Position numbers and translations under genes: made by a program. This document shows positions 1 to 9,723 of a stretch of 64,000 bases of DNA, piece by piece. Position 1 is the first letter of the stretch. Every line of letters starts with the position of its first letter. The stretch spans positions 8,228 to 72,227 of the forward strand of contig CAZILC010000006.1 in assembly GCA_964540055.1 (NCBI GenBank), read 5' to 3'. A model generated the notes under the pieces. That model had not been told where the DNA came from, did not search any database, and saw only the letters and a program-made list of their open reading frames with translations. This DNA comes from an uncultured Gammaproteobacteria bacterium (GTDB lineage: Bacteria > Patescibacteriota > Microgenomatia > Levybacterales > UBA12049).

Positions 1-86
1 GTTGTTTTTCCCGCGTCAATGTGAGCAATGATGCCGATATTACGAATTCGGTCGAGTGGATATAATCGAGTTTTTGCGTCTGCCAT
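1..86 (-). CDS. fusA: Elongation factor G, N-terminal fragment (gene runs off the window start)
   Basis: Reverse-strand translation of 86..1 gives MADAKTRLYPLDRIRNIGIIAHIDAGKT(T). AHIDAGKTT is the EF-G-type G1 motif. The ORF track misses it because the window edge truncates it. Confidence 0.7.
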   Translation of the reverse strand, partial: MADAKTRLYPLDRIRNIGIIAHIDAGKT

Positions 87-106
87 AATGAAAAAACATC
101 CCCGCA

Positions 107-946
107 ATGGGGACTGCAAAAGAGTATACCATATCGCCTACAAGTTTTAAAGGATTTATTTATAAAAATAATAAATATGCGATAATAAAGTTAGTAAAAA
201 CTTTTATGGCAGAATTTAATGAAGCACCAATTGCACCTCCCAAACAAGAACGGCCGACTGTGAGGCAACGGCTAAAGAACGTAGGAGGAAGAATAATGCA
301 GTTTGTTAGACCAAACAGGAATTTTAAACTCCCCGAACAGGCATTTATGCCTGCTGCAGCTGCTGAATCAGATAAAAAAATAAATCCCGAACGTGCTTTG
401 CACATCAGTGAAGCAGGCTGTGGAGTACGGGCAATTATGTCAGCTGCCGCTTTTGCATCAGGAGAAAATAATATTAGTGCTACCACAAGTAATACAGCAC
501 CTATTGGCGAAGAAGGAGAATGGGACATGCGAATTAAACAAATCAAAGAAGGTAGAAAACCGGTAGAATTACTGAGCAAAGACCTTATGGATTTATATGC
601 TGCCTATGCGAGGCATTCTACTTCTCTTGGGAATGCATTGAGGCAAGTAAAAATTACTCAATTTAATTTAGAAGGAAAAGATATGATCAAAAATCGAATT
701 AAAGCCGGAGAACAGATAATGGTGTTTAGACCTGATAGCGATCCGAAAAAATCCCATATCTGTCATGTAGGCCTTGATAAACGAGGACGCTTTATCTCTT
801 TCAGTGATGAAAAGCGAAGTAAAAAAAGATATCAACCGGCAGATCTTTCCGGAGGAGGGCTTGTTGTTTTCAGTGTTACACCAAATGGCGTAGAACCTCT
901 TCCTACCAATGTAAGGAGTGATAAGCAACTTGCTTTAGCAGCATAA
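107..946 (+). CDS. Hypothetical protein, possible papain-fold (NlpC/P60- or CHAP-like) Cys/His hydrolase; start uncertain (alternative Met at 206)
   Basis: 279-aa ORF. A candidate nucleophile lies in ISEAGCGVRAIMSAA and a His in GEQIMVFRPDSDPKKSHICHVGLD, resembling the GD.v.f...HVg.. layout of NlpC/P60 and CHAP enzymes. Confidence 0.45.
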   Translation: MGTAKEYTISPTSFKGFIYKNNKYAIIKLVKTFMAEFNEAPIAPPKQERPTVRQRLKNVGGRIMQFVRPNRNFKLPEQAFMPAAAAESDKKINPERALHISEAGCGVRAIMSAAAFASGENNISATTSNTAPIGEEGEWDMRIKQIKEGRKPVELLSKDLMDLYAAYARHSTSLGNALRQVKITQFNLEGKDMIKNRIKAGEQIMVFRPDSDPKKSHICHVGLDKRGRFISFSDEKRSKKRYQPADLSGGGLVVFSVTPNGVEPLPTNVRSDKQLALAA

Positions 947-975
947 ATCTACTTAAAAACACCTCCTCAATTTCT

Positions 976-1004
976 TTGACATTTCCCTGTAAAAGCCATA
1001 GACT
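976..1004 (+). promoter_or_regulatory. Sigma70-type promoter candidate for the pilN operon
   Basis: TTGACA (976-981), a 17-nt spacer, then TAGACT (999-1004), 37 nt before the pilN ATG. Confidence 0.4.
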
Positions 1005-1041
1005 AGAATTAAGCCGCATTGTTTTTTGTGGCTAAATTGCT

Positions 1042-1644
1042 ATGGCTGAAAAAACACCTACAATAAATCTCTTGCCCAACAGTGGCGGCGACAGTTTTTT
1101 GACACAATTTTTTAATTGGGCGCTCACCATCGGAAGACTTCTCATCATTCTCACCGAAATGGTTGCGCTCGGGACTTTTATTTATCGATTTAGTCTTGAT
1201 ATGCAAATTGTCGATCTCCACGATAAAATAAAGGCTGAAAGCTTTATTGTTGACAATTTTAAAGTACAGGAAGCAACATTTCGGGATGTTCAGGACAGAC
1301 TGGCAACCATCAAACGCTATAACTCAGTCGGTTCTGTTACAACGAACATTTTTACGGATGTTGCGAATATGGGCAAAGGCAAGGTTACGTTTAAAGATCT
1401 ATCTGTCTCAACAAATTCCGTTAAAGTCGAAATAGCAGCTCCCAATGCATCCGCACTCTCACAATTTGTTGATTCTCTTAAAAATTATCCCGCAGTCGAT
1501 ACGGTCTCAATTGATAAAGTAGAAAATAATACCACAAGCGCACAAATAATAGTCAACGTTAGCGCAACACTTAAAGAACAAGCATTTGCACCGCAGCCAA
1601 CGAGCACAATTCCAGGCCAGAATCAACAGGTTCTCAATCCATAA
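1042..1644 (+). CDS. pilN: Type IV pilus assembly protein PilN-like
   Basis: N-terminal INLLP motif, then a single TM segment (WALTIGRLLIILTEMVALGTFIY), then a periplasmic-type domain. PilO-like gene follows immediately. Confidence 0.6.
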   Translation: MAEKTPTINLLPNSGGDSFLTQFFNWALTIGRLLIILTEMVALGTFIYRFSLDMQIVDLHDKIKAESFIVDNFKVQEATFRDVQDRLATIKRYNSVGSVTTNIFTDVANMGKGKVTFKDLSVSTNSVKVEIAAPNASALSQFVDSLKNYPAVDTVSIDKVENNTTSAQIIVNVSATLKEQAFAPQPTSTIPGQNQQVLNP

Positions 1645-1648
1645 CACT

Positions 1649-2266
1649 ATGCAATTACCAAAAAATTATTTTGAAAATTTAACAGCGACAAAATACAGGG
1701 AATATCTCAAAATTCTCCCAAATATGCAGCAGGAGCATGCGCAGTCTCTTTTGACCTTGATACTGACTTTTGCAGCCTTGAGTTTTTTCGGCATCTTTGC
1801 CATCAATCCTACCCTCTCAACAATTGCCAATCTCAAAAAGCAACTTGCCGATGACACAGAAGTAAATCAAGAGTTACAAACAAAAATTAATAATCTCAGT
1901 TCCCTGCAGACGCAATACACAGAGCTTGGACCAAATCTCACAAATATTTTAAACGCAATCCCACTAAATGCCAATGCACCGCTACTTTCTGGACAAATTG
2001 CAGCTCTTATTAAAAAACATAAATTAACGGTTTCTTCCTACCGGATTGATGAGGTACAGCTCGCATCAACTCCAAAAATTGTCAAAACACAGTCATATAT
2101 TTTTACCCTGCAAACAGAAGGAAATTATAACGATATGATGGCTTTTTCAAAAGAGCTGAACAATCTCAACCGTATCATCACCGTTGAAACAATGGAAATT
2201 GGCAAAGATACTCAGACCAATGATTTGATACTGACTGTACGTGGGAGAGAGTATTTTAAACAATGA
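1649..2266 (+). CDS. pilO: Type IV pilus assembly protein PilO-like
   Basis: Start taken at ATG 1649 (MQLPKNYF), just after the pilN stop. Has a TM segment (LLTLILTFAALSFFGIFAI), a coiled-coil stretch (LKKQLADDTEVNQELQTKINNLSSLQTQY) and a C-terminal alpha/beta domain. Confidence 0.5.
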   Translation: MQLPKNYFENLTATKYREYLKILPNMQQEHAQSLLTLILTFAALSFFGIFAINPTLSTIANLKKQLADDTEVNQELQTKINNLSSLQTQYTELGPNLTNILNAIPLNANAPLLSGQIAALIKKHKLTVSSYRIDEVQLASTPKIVKTQSYIFTLQTEGNYNDMMAFSKELNNLNRIITVETMEIGKDTQTNDLILTVRGREYFKQ

Positions 2267-2646
2267 AACAAAAACGTAGTCATATACAAAAAGATATACT
2301 ATTTATATTTATTTCCTCATTTATTGTGGTTGTTGCTTGGATTGGATTTAATATTTATCATATCTATGCCACAACGACCATCAGCGAGGAAATTCAGCTA
2401 CAATTAACACCAATAAGTCCCAACTTTGATCAAGTGACGATGCAACAACTTAAAACCCGTGAGAATATAGACCCGTTCTATGATAGTCTTAAAGCCAGTG
2501 TTTCCGTAACACCACAACCTGGTCAAGCCACTATAACACCGACTCCCACAACATCCCTTACTTCTTCTCAATCAACCTCTCAATCTGCCTCCGATGCATC
2601 TCAGCTCGCACCTGTTAACTCACCGATTAACCGATTGGGGCAATGA
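2263..2646 (+). CDS. Small membrane protein with S/T/P/Q-rich tail (pilus-operon associated)
   Basis: 127 aa with an N-terminal TM segment (ILFIFISSFIVVVAWIGFNIY). ATGA overlap with pilO (2263-2266) and with the next gene (2643-2646) indicates translational coupling. Confidence 0.5.
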   Translation: MKQKRSHIQKDILFIFISSFIVVVAWIGFNIYHIYATTTISEEIQLQLTPISPNFDQVTMQQLKTRENIDPFYDSLKASVSVTPQPGQATITPTPTTSLTSSQSTSQSASDASQLAPVNSPINRLGQ

Positions 2647-4007
2647 GACATGCGCAGCACAGACCAGTATTAGAAAAACAACTCCCCGCCTATCTAGGTT
2701 TTGTTGTCTTGCTCGTTGCCTTGGGTATAACAATTCTATTAAGCGGTAACACCGTCCTTTTTATTACGAAAGCAACTGTTGGCAGTGAACCCAAAAATAT
2801 TCAAATCAGCAACATCACCGATTCCTCCTTTACGATTTCTTATACAACCGATGTGCCGACAAATGGGTCTATTTCTTATAGCCCTGATCCATCGCTTTCC
2901 CAGATTGCTCTTGATGACAGAGATCAACAGGCGAGCGGCGCGGCCAATCATCAAGTGCATTTTATAACGGTTAAAAATTTGGCTCCTGAAACAAAATATT
3001 ATTATGCCATTAATTCCGGAAGCCAAAAAACAGAGAATAATGGTGCACCCTTTGAAATCTCTACAACGCAGTGGTCACAAGGTCAGACAGGCTCATCAGC
3101 TCCAACACTTTCAGGAAGTGTTGCCTTAAGCGATGGCAGTGTACCAACAGAGGGCATTGTCTATGTAAAAACAGACGGCTCACAACAACTCGCAACAACT
3201 ATTTTACCTGATGGCAGTTATCAACTCTCGCTTGACGGTTTGCAATCTTCAACAAGTGCCACACTTTCTCCGGATACTGTTTTACAAGTGCAAGCAGAGA
3301 CAGCAACGCAGCAATCAAGTGCAAAAGTTCTTGTCAGTGAAGCAGACCAGGTACCCAAAATCATTATTCCGCAAAATTATGATTTCACCCTCGGCACAGA
3401 GCCTTCAGTTGAGCCTTCTCAAACTGCTTCGCAATCAGGCGGCTTTCCGGAAGATACACCAGCACCTGTCAATTCTCCAGTAATAACATCACCCACCGAT
3501 CAACAGGCATATAAAGATCAGCAGCCCCTTTTTACCGGCATGGCTTTACCAAATACGGAGGTTGATATCACGATCAAATCGCAGCAAGAAATCTCTGCAA
3601 AAGTCACCAGTGATGATTCCGGCTCTTGGCAATTCCGGCCACCGGTCAGTCTCGCGCCCGGTAATCACACGATAACTATGTCGTCACTTGATGCCAATGG
3701 CATCCTCCAAACCATTTCTCGCTCCTTCACCGTGTACGCTCAGGGGAGTAAATTTATCGAACCATCAGTCTCGCCTATTGCACAACCTTCACCTATTGCA
3801 ACTCCCACAGCTGTTATGACACCAACAACAGCTCCGACTGCAACACCCACGCCAACCATATCCATCCAACCAACAATTCCTGCACCTCAGAAACCCACAC
3901 CCACGCTTGCTCCTGTTCCAAAAACCGGAAGTTCTGCTGTCATAACAGGAGTTATTTCAGGAATGGCAATACTCGGCATTGGCGCTTTACTATTCTTTGC
4001 TTTATAA
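2643..4007 (+). CDS. Multi-domain cell-surface protein with sortase-type C-terminal sorting signal
   Basis: N-terminal signal anchor; Fn3-like segment ([25 protein letters not shown]); carboxypeptidase-regulatory-like segment ([31 protein letters not shown]); Ig-like segment. A P/T-rich linker follows, then VPKTG plus a hydrophobic tail ([25 protein letters not shown]). Confidence 0.6.
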   Translation: MRHAQHRPVLEKQLPAYLGFVVLLVALGITILLSGNTVLFITKATVGSEPKNIQISNITDSSFTISYTTDVPTNGSISYSPDPSLSQIALDDRDQQASGAANHQVHFITVKNLAPETKYYYAINSGSQKTENNGAPFEISTTQWSQGQTGSSAPTLSGSVALSDGSVPTEGIVYVKTDGSQQLATTILPDGSYQLSLDGLQSSTSATLSPDTVLQVQAETATQQSSAKVLVSEADQVPKIIIPQNYDFTLGTEPSVEPSQTASQSGGFPEDTPAPVNSPVITSPTDQQAYKDQQPLFTGMALPNTEVDITIKSQQEISAKVTSDDSGSWQFRPPVSLAPGNHTITMSSLDANGILQTISRSFTVYAQGSKFIEPSVSPIAQPSPIATPTAVMTPTTAPTATPTPTISIQPTIPAPQKPTPTLAPVPKTGSSAVITGVISGMAILGIGALLFFAL

Positions 4008-4029
4008 TACGAACTTATCGGAATTTCCT

Positions 4030-5331
4030 ATGAAAGTCGCAATTATCGGAGCCGGATTTACCGGATTATCTGCCGCGTATCAACTGGCCAAAAAAGGCCA
4101 CTCAGTTACTGTTTTTGAAAAAGATGATAAGCCCGGTGGACTTGCCGTCGGTTATCAGGAAAAGAATTGGGACTGGACGATGGAGAAGCATTACCATCAC
4201 TGGTTCACCAATGCTAACGATGCCGTGAACCATGATCAATCAGTCCTCAACCTTGCAAAAGAGATCAAGCATGATGTCCTCATAAGAAGACCCAAAACTT
4301 CAGTGTATGTCGATGGAGAAATTTTCCAATTTGATTCTCCGCTCAAAGTACTACAATTTCCCAAACTATCCCTTTTTGATCGAATCCGAATGGCAGGTGT
4401 TGTCGGAGTCATACGGTACGATCCATTTTGGAAGCCGCTGGAAAAAGTCAATGCAAATACGTTTCTCCCAAAAATGATGGGTACAAAAGCATATAAAATG
4501 ATCTGGGAGCCGCAATTTATCAATAAATTCGGCAAATACGCATCTGATGTCTCACTCGCCTGGTTTTGGGCCCGACTTGCTTCACGAACACCATCACTTG
4601 CCTATCCAAAAGGAGGATTTCTCAAATTTGCACAAGCATTGGTAACGGAGATTGAAAACAGAAACGGAACGCTTCATTTCAACGCTGAGGTACTTGAAGT
4701 GAATGAAAATAAAACAGTAACAGTTACCTGGAAAATGGCAAATGGCAAAAGAAAAACGGAAAATTACGATAAAGTCATTTTCACATTACCATCTTTTCTA
4801 TTTTTGAAAACTGTCCCACAGCTTCCGCAGTCATATAAAAAACAATTTAAAAGTTTAAAAAGTCTTGGCGCAACCAATCTCATTCTCCGTCTCAAAAAGC
4901 CATTTTTTACTGACAATACCTACTGGCTCAGTGTTTGCGATCCCACATCTCCTGTCATGGCAATTGTTGAACATACCAATTTCATGGATAAAACCCATTA
5001 CAACAATGAACATTTACTGTATCTGGGGAATTATCTCACACAAGATGATCCGAAATTCATGATGACAGCAGATGAACAATTGAATCTCTTTGATCCATTC
5101 CTCAAAAAAATTAATCCCGATTACAAAAAAAATCTCATCGGCTACCACCTCTTCAAAGCCCCATTTGCCCAACCCGTCATCCCACCAAATTATTCACGAC
5201 TGATTCCACAAATGACAACACCACTCAAAAATGTGTATTTGGCAAACATAGATCAAGTCTATCCATGGGACCGGGGGACGAGTAATGCTGTTTATTTGGG
5301 AGAAAAAGTAGCAAAGCTTATACAAGATTAA
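4030..5331 (+). CDS. FAD/NAD(P)-binding oxidoreductase (amine-oxidase / phytoene-desaturase-like fold)
   Basis: Start at ATG 4030. The N-terminus [37 protein letters not shown] is a classic GxGxxG-..E..GG dinucleotide-binding motif. Confidence 0.75.
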   Translation: MKVAIIGAGFTGLSAAYQLAKKGHSVTVFEKDDKPGGLAVGYQEKNWDWTMEKHYHHWFTNANDAVNHDQSVLNLAKEIKHDVLIRRPKTSVYVDGEIFQFDSPLKVLQFPKLSLFDRIRMAGVVGVIRYDPFWKPLEKVNANTFLPKMMGTKAYKMIWEPQFINKFGKYASDVSLAWFWARLASRTPSLAYPKGGFLKFAQALVTEIENRNGTLHFNAEVLEVNENKTVTVTWKMANGKRKTENYDKVIFTLPSFLFLKTVPQLPQSYKKQFKSLKSLGATNLILRLKKPFFTDNTYWLSVCDPTSPVMAIVEHTNFMDKTHYNNEHLLYLGNYLTQDDPKFMMTADEQLNLFDPFLKKINPDYKKNLIGYHLFKAPFAQPVIPPNYSRLIPQMTTPLKNVYLANIDQVYPWDRGTSNAVYLGEKVAKLIQD

Positions 5332-5390
5332 TTTTCAATTTCCAACTTTCAAAGTTGAAACATTGATTCATTGTAAATTGATTGAAAATT

Positions 5391-7082
5391 ATGAAACACT
5401 TATTTAACAAGAACATAATAATAATATTAATCTTGACCCTCATCGGTGGCTTTCTCCATTTTTACAATCTCAATTGGGGTGCGCCTTTCTACTTTCACCC
5501 GGATGAGCGCAATATCGCAAGCTCTGTCGCCCAATTACATTTTCCAAGTCACATGAATCCGCAATTTTTTGCCTATGGATCACTTCCAATATATGTCATT
5601 TATTTCACCGGATTGGCCACCAACTATATTATTTCAATTCTCACAAATCAACCAACACAGCTTGATCCCAACTTCGCCCAAGCCATTCTGGTGAGCCGGA
5701 TCTACTCCGCACTTTTAGCAACCCTTCTTATTCCGCTACTTTACCTTATTGGGAAAAAACTGTCGGAGAAAAACGACTCAGCAGGTTTGCTTGCAGCATT
5801 TTTTGCAACTGCGAGTGTTGGATTCATCCAATTCGCGCATTTCGGCACCTTTGAAATGTGGCTGACTTTTTTCTCCACACTCCTTTTCTGGAGTTGTCTG
5901 CAAATGATAAGAAAGAATAATCTTGAATACTGCATTCTGCTTTCACTTATTTTTGGTGTTCTTGTCTCAGTTAAAGTATCATCACTCGCGCTTTTGCCAA
6001 TTCCTATCTTTGTAATTCTCTTTACAGCATTTCAGCATTCCGGAAATACCAAGCATTTTGCATTTCTCAAAAATAAACATGCAATACTTATGAGTCTTCT
6101 GCGATTTCTCAAAAACATGTGTCTGTTTATCTTTCTCGTAACTCTAACGTTTATCGTGACCAATCCTTACTTCATTTTCGACCAGAAAGATTTCATCTCG
6201 AGTATGCAGTATGAATCAGGAGTAGCGCTCGGAACAACCAATGTATTTTATACCGCCAATTTCCAAAATACAGTTCCAGGAGTTTATCAGCTCCTGCATG
6301 TTTATCCTTTTCTCATCAATCCTCTCATGACAGTCCTACTTCTTGGATCTTTCTGTTATGTCTGTTTTGTAGCCATCAAAAAACGAAACCCCAACTACCA
6401 GCTACTAGTTGCCATCTTCTTAATTCTTTTCGCTTCAAATGCATTTCTCTATGTGAAATGGACTCGCTACATGGTCCCGACTCTGCCTTTTATCATGCTG
6501 ATGATTGCCTTAGCGCTCAATGCCCTCACCCAAACCAACCGTCATCTTGCCAAACTGCTCAATTTTGAAATTATCATTTTGATCTTCCTCAATTGTCTGG
6601 TCGCATTTTCCTATTTCAAAGTTGCCTTTATCGATATAGACTCAAGAATTCTCGCCGTTCTTTTCGCCCAACGCGCCCTCCCGCAAAACGCACAAATTCT
6701 TTCAGAACCAGCAGATCTGGGCGCACTGCCTTTCCAGGAAGCATTCCCACATTTTGACACTTTTAATTTTTATGAACTGGACAACAATTCTATGGATGCA
6801 ACAGAAGGACAACTCCAGGAAAAAATTGCAAACGCTCAGTACATCATCCTTCCAAGTCAAAGAATTCTCCAATCCCGCCTCGAAAATCCCCAAAAATTCC
6901 CCAAAGGGTATGTGTTCTATAAAACGCTTTTGAATGGGGGATTGGGCTATAAAAAAATCTATGAATCCCCATGCGACGCCTTCTGCACAATAGCCTACCT
7001 AGGCGACCCAATCTACTGGTGGGAACAAACCGCCTCAGTCTTTGATCACCCGACGGTGATGATATTTAAGAAGGAAAAATAA
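5391..7082 (+). CDS. GT-C fold membrane glycosyltransferase (family 39/PMT_2-like), paralog 1
   Basis: Polytopic membrane protein with first-loop motif FYNLNWGAPFYFHPDERN. Paralogous to 13602..15284 (shared HPDER loop and C-terminal VFDHPTVMIFKK). An alternative TTG start lies at 5382. Confidence 0.65.
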   Translation: MKHLFNKNIIIILILTLIGGFLHFYNLNWGAPFYFHPDERNIASSVAQLHFPSHMNPQFFAYGSLPIYVIYFTGLATNYIISILTNQPTQLDPNFAQAILVSRIYSALLATLLIPLLYLIGKKLSEKNDSAGLLAAFFATASVGFIQFAHFGTFEMWLTFFSTLLFWSCLQMIRKNNLEYCILLSLIFGVLVSVKVSSLALLPIPIFVILFTAFQHSGNTKHFAFLKNKHAILMSLLRFLKNMCLFIFLVTLTFIVTNPYFIFDQKDFISSMQYESGVALGTTNVFYTANFQNTVPGVYQLLHVYPFLINPLMTVLLLGSFCYVCFVAIKKRNPNYQLLVAIFLILFASNAFLYVKWTRYMVPTLPFIMLMIALALNALTQTNRHLAKLLNFEIIILIFLNCLVAFSYFKVAFIDIDSRILAVLFAQRALPQNAQILSEPADLGALPFQEAFPHFDTFNFYELDNNSMDATEGQLQEKIANAQYIILPSQRILQSRLENPQKFPKGYVFYKTLLNGGLGYKKIYESPCDAFCTIAYLGDPIYWWEQTASVFDHPTVMIFKKEK

Positions 7083-7088
7083 ATATTT

Positions 7089-7421
7089 CTAATTCTTTTT
7101 AGAAAAATTTTTAATAAATTTCTTTACATCCTCTAAATCTCCTGGTATCTCTTTCCACTTTTCTAAAGATTCTCCATATTCAAATATTGCTTGATTTTTC
7201 GCTTGTTCAAGATCAGGATGCCACGTATCACCACAAAATTCTCCATATTTGGTATATCTATAGAGATAAAATCCTTTAGTACTCTGCACATCTTGTACGA
7301 TAATTAATAAATCCGGAAGTGACATCATTGATTGATGGGTCAAACTTCCTGACCAATGATGAGTTTTTCTTTGAAATGTATCTTTATCTAAAATTTTAAT
7401 TTCCGTAAATAACTTAATCAT
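7089..7421 (-). CDS. Hypothetical protein (110 aa)
   Basis: Third gene of a tight three-gene minus-strand unit (gaps of 4 and 8 nt). No recognised motif; low-GC island. Confidence 0.5.
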   Translation of the reverse strand: MIKLFTEIKILDKDTFQRKTHHWSGSLTHQSMMSLPDLLIIVQDVQSTKGFYLYRYTKYGEFCGDTWHPDLEQAKNQAIFEYGESLEKWKEIPGDLEDVKKFIKNFSKKN

Positions 7422-7425
7422 GGCT

Positions 7426-7680
7426 CTACTTTACATCTTTAACCCAATAGCTCAAATAATCTGGATCTGTAATTACCTCTCCTGTACTTTTTAGAGTATA
7501 CTCACCTGATTTTGCTTTTTCCAAACCTCTCAAGTCTGGTGGAAGTGTGAAAATATCTTTTCCTTTCGGAGGTTGTATCACAATACCTTCTTTCTCATTT
7601 ACTCGAATTATTACTCCATGTCTTTGTTCAAATTTTACGATCTTCCCATCCGGTTTTTTATGTTTATAACCGGCAATCAT
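7426..7680 (-). CDS. Hypothetical protein (84 aa)
   Basis: Second gene of the three-gene unit. No recognised motif. Confidence 0.5.
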   Translation of the reverse strand: MIAGYKHKKPDGKIVKFEQRHGVIIRVNEKEGIVIQPPKGKDIFTLPPDLRGLEKAKSGEYTLKSTGEVITDPDYLSYWVKDVK

Positions 7681-7688
7681 GTATTTGC

Positions 7689-8174
7689 CTACAAGTGATT
7701 TTGCAAAAGTTTCATCGTAAGGTGTAATTTCGCCAATTTATCATAGGGCTCCTGCTGAAGAGAATGAGCCATTTTTTTAACATCTCGTAAAGCTTTTTCG
7801 TCTTTTTCACCTATGTAGGTAAAGTAGAGAAGCATATTTACTTTTGCTAATTTGTAGTTTCTGCTAAAAAACCCTTCTTCAGTTGTCTCATCGTACTCAT
7901 AAACAATCCACTCATTAACCGAATACTTTTTTATAATCGCAGGATCAATATTGTTCTTTTTAAACACAGCATGCATATCGGGTAATTCATCTTTGTCATT
8001 TGTAAAAAGATCAACCATGATTACTCCTTGTGGATGAATATCTTTTACAAAAGTGAGAGAATGATGAGGATTTTTATCTTGAACCCAACCTTTTGATGGT
8101 ACAAAAGAAAAACTCGTTTCGCCAAAAGTCCATTTTGTGCGCGAATTTGGTTTAAATATCCAATTTGATTTCAC
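7689..8174 (-). CDS. Hypothetical protein (161 aa), GTG start
   Basis: First gene of the unit. The GTG at 8174 lies 7 nt downstream of a TGCTATAAT box. Confidence 0.5.
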   Translation of the reverse strand: MKSNWIFKPNSRTKWTFGETSFSFVPSKGWVQDKNPHHSLTFVKDIHPQGVIMVDLFTNDKDELPDMHAVFKKNNIDPAIIKKYSVNEWIVYEYDETTEEGFFSRNYKLAKVNMLLYFTYIGEKDEKALRDVKKMAHSLQQEPYDKLAKLHLTMKLLQNHL

Positions 8175-8221
8175 AGGAGGGATTATAGCAGAGACGAGGC
8201 TAAAAATAAACTTATAGTAGT
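8172..8221 (-). promoter_or_regulatory. Leaderless promoter cassette, copy 1
   Basis: Minus strand reads ACTACTATAAGTTTATTTTT-agcctcgtc-TCTGCTATAAT-ccctcct-GTG. Confidence 0.5.
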
Positions 8222-8255
8222 TTTACATGCTGGTACATGATATAATCTCAACAAT

Positions 8256-8924
8256 ATGGACTGGGCCGGACTAGAAACCTCTCTCATCTTCATTGGCATT
8301 CTATTAATACCTCAAATAGGCATACTATTTCTTATTGGACTAGTTATTAGCATCATTTTAGATATTAAAAAAAGAAGATTTAAATTTTCTAAAATAGCAT
8401 TAATCACAATTACCTCAACAATTGGTTTAATTATTGGCATATTTTGGCTTCTGGATTATCTAGCCCGTCCTCCTTCCACTAAAGATCTCACTGAAAATTA
8501 TTTTAGACATAAAACTGAATTTAATCAGCTCGCACATAGAATTCAAATTGACCAGAAAAAAGGACTAGAAAGAGTAGATAACGATTGGACAAGGCCTGAA
8601 AATGTTACAACTATTGGCTTATCTGGAGATGACATAAAGAATTATCGAAGTGAATTTGGGAAACTCGGAATACCAAGAGGATTTTACGCCTATCAGGATA
8701 GTGTAGATTTTATTGCATATGCTTTTGGATTATCAGTCTCCGGATCGGATATGGGATATTTATATTCTGAAAAACTTCCACAAAATTATTTCAAAAAAAA
8801 CTGTGGTTATTCATTAAAGCCATTCAAAAGACTTGAAGACTATAAAGGCTGCCAAGGTTCAGGGGCATACACCATTTATCAAAAAATTGATAATAACTGG
8901 TATATTTATGACGAGTTGGAGTGA
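8256..8924 (+). CDS. Hypothetical membrane protein (222 aa)
   Basis: About three N-terminal TM segments followed by a soluble domain. TGATATAAT lies 9 nt upstream of the ATG. Confidence 0.5.
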   Translation: MDWAGLETSLIFIGILLIPQIGILFLIGLVISIILDIKKRRFKFSKIALITITSTIGLIIGIFWLLDYLARPPSTKDLTENYFRHKTEFNQLAHRIQIDQKKGLERVDNDWTRPENVTTIGLSGDDIKNYRSEFGKLGIPRGFYAYQDSVDFIAYAFGLSVSGSDMGYLYSEKLPQNYFKKNCGYSLKPFKRLEDYKGCQGSGAYTIYQKIDNNWYIYDELE

Positions 8925-8938
8925 AGATCTTAAAAATT

Positions 8939-9709
8939 TTACTTCACCAATGCAGTACCCCACCCATCATAAACAGCATTGTACTTTTCTGCTAAATCGA
9001 TAAGGATATCTGTTGAATTGTTTATTAAATCCGCTTTTAATGGAGATTTAACTGAAACTTCCAAAAAAAATGTTTTATTTTCATCATCAAACTCTTGATA
9101 TTTTTCTATTGGGAATTTCGCTTTTTTCAATGCTGCAAAATACTTTTTTCTGTCTTCTTTTGATTTAAAAAGAATACCATGATCAATACTATGTTCTTCA
9201 TCTGGATTATCTCCTTCTGCAGCAATATTTCTTAATAATACAGATGTCTGATATCTTTCTTTTTGTTTTGCAGGTGGATATATCGTGTCAAAATATAACT
9301 TCCAATCTTTATCCTCTTTTTGAACAAACTCGTAGGGGAACGTGAACTCCTTAACTAGACCTTCTAATTTTTGCTTTATTTTATTGGTATTATTTGTGTA
9401 TATGAGGTAATATCCTTCCCCATTAGTAATAAATCTTCCAGTATATTTTCCAGTATTTTTATTAGCAATTTTCTCTAATTTATCTTCAAAAGAATATATT
9501 TCTTCAAATTTTTCTCTTGTTGGAAATCCGTTTCTACTGGCGCCGAGATCATGGATAATAATTGCAATAAAGTCATGCAGTTTTTCTGTTTCAGGATTGC
9601 GTGCATTACAATCCACATTAACTGAAGCCGGTTTATGATCAATAAGACTCATCCACCCACACCAATCAGCTTTCATTTTTGATTTCTTGTTAAGTAATTT
9701 TGAAAACAT
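8939..9709 (-). CDS. Hypothetical protein, possibly DUF695-like N-terminus plus RraB-like C-terminus
   Basis: 256 aa. The C-terminal end ...LIDLAEKYNAVYDGWGTALVK resembles the YDGWE/G ending I recall for RraB-family domains. Weak, from memory only. Confidence 0.4.
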   Translation of the reverse strand: MFSKLLNKKSKMKADWCGWMSLIDHKPASVNVDCNARNPETEKLHDFIAIIIHDLGASRNGFPTREKFEEIYSFEDKLEKIANKNTGKYTGRFITNGEGYYLIYTNNTNKIKQKLEGLVKEFTFPYEFVQKEDKDWKLYFDTIYPPAKQKERYQTSVLLRNIAAEGDNPDEEHSIDHGILFKSKEDRKKYFAALKKAKFPIEKYQEFDDENKTFFLEVSVKSPLKADLINNSTDILIDLAEKYNAVYDGWGTALVK

Positions 9710-9723
9710 AATACTAATTAATA

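Noticed and set aside
100-112. CCCCGCAATGGGG hairpin between fusA and the 107 ORF as a terminator
   Set aside because: The stem is only 4 bp, and it sits in a divergent promoter region with no upstream gene to terminate.
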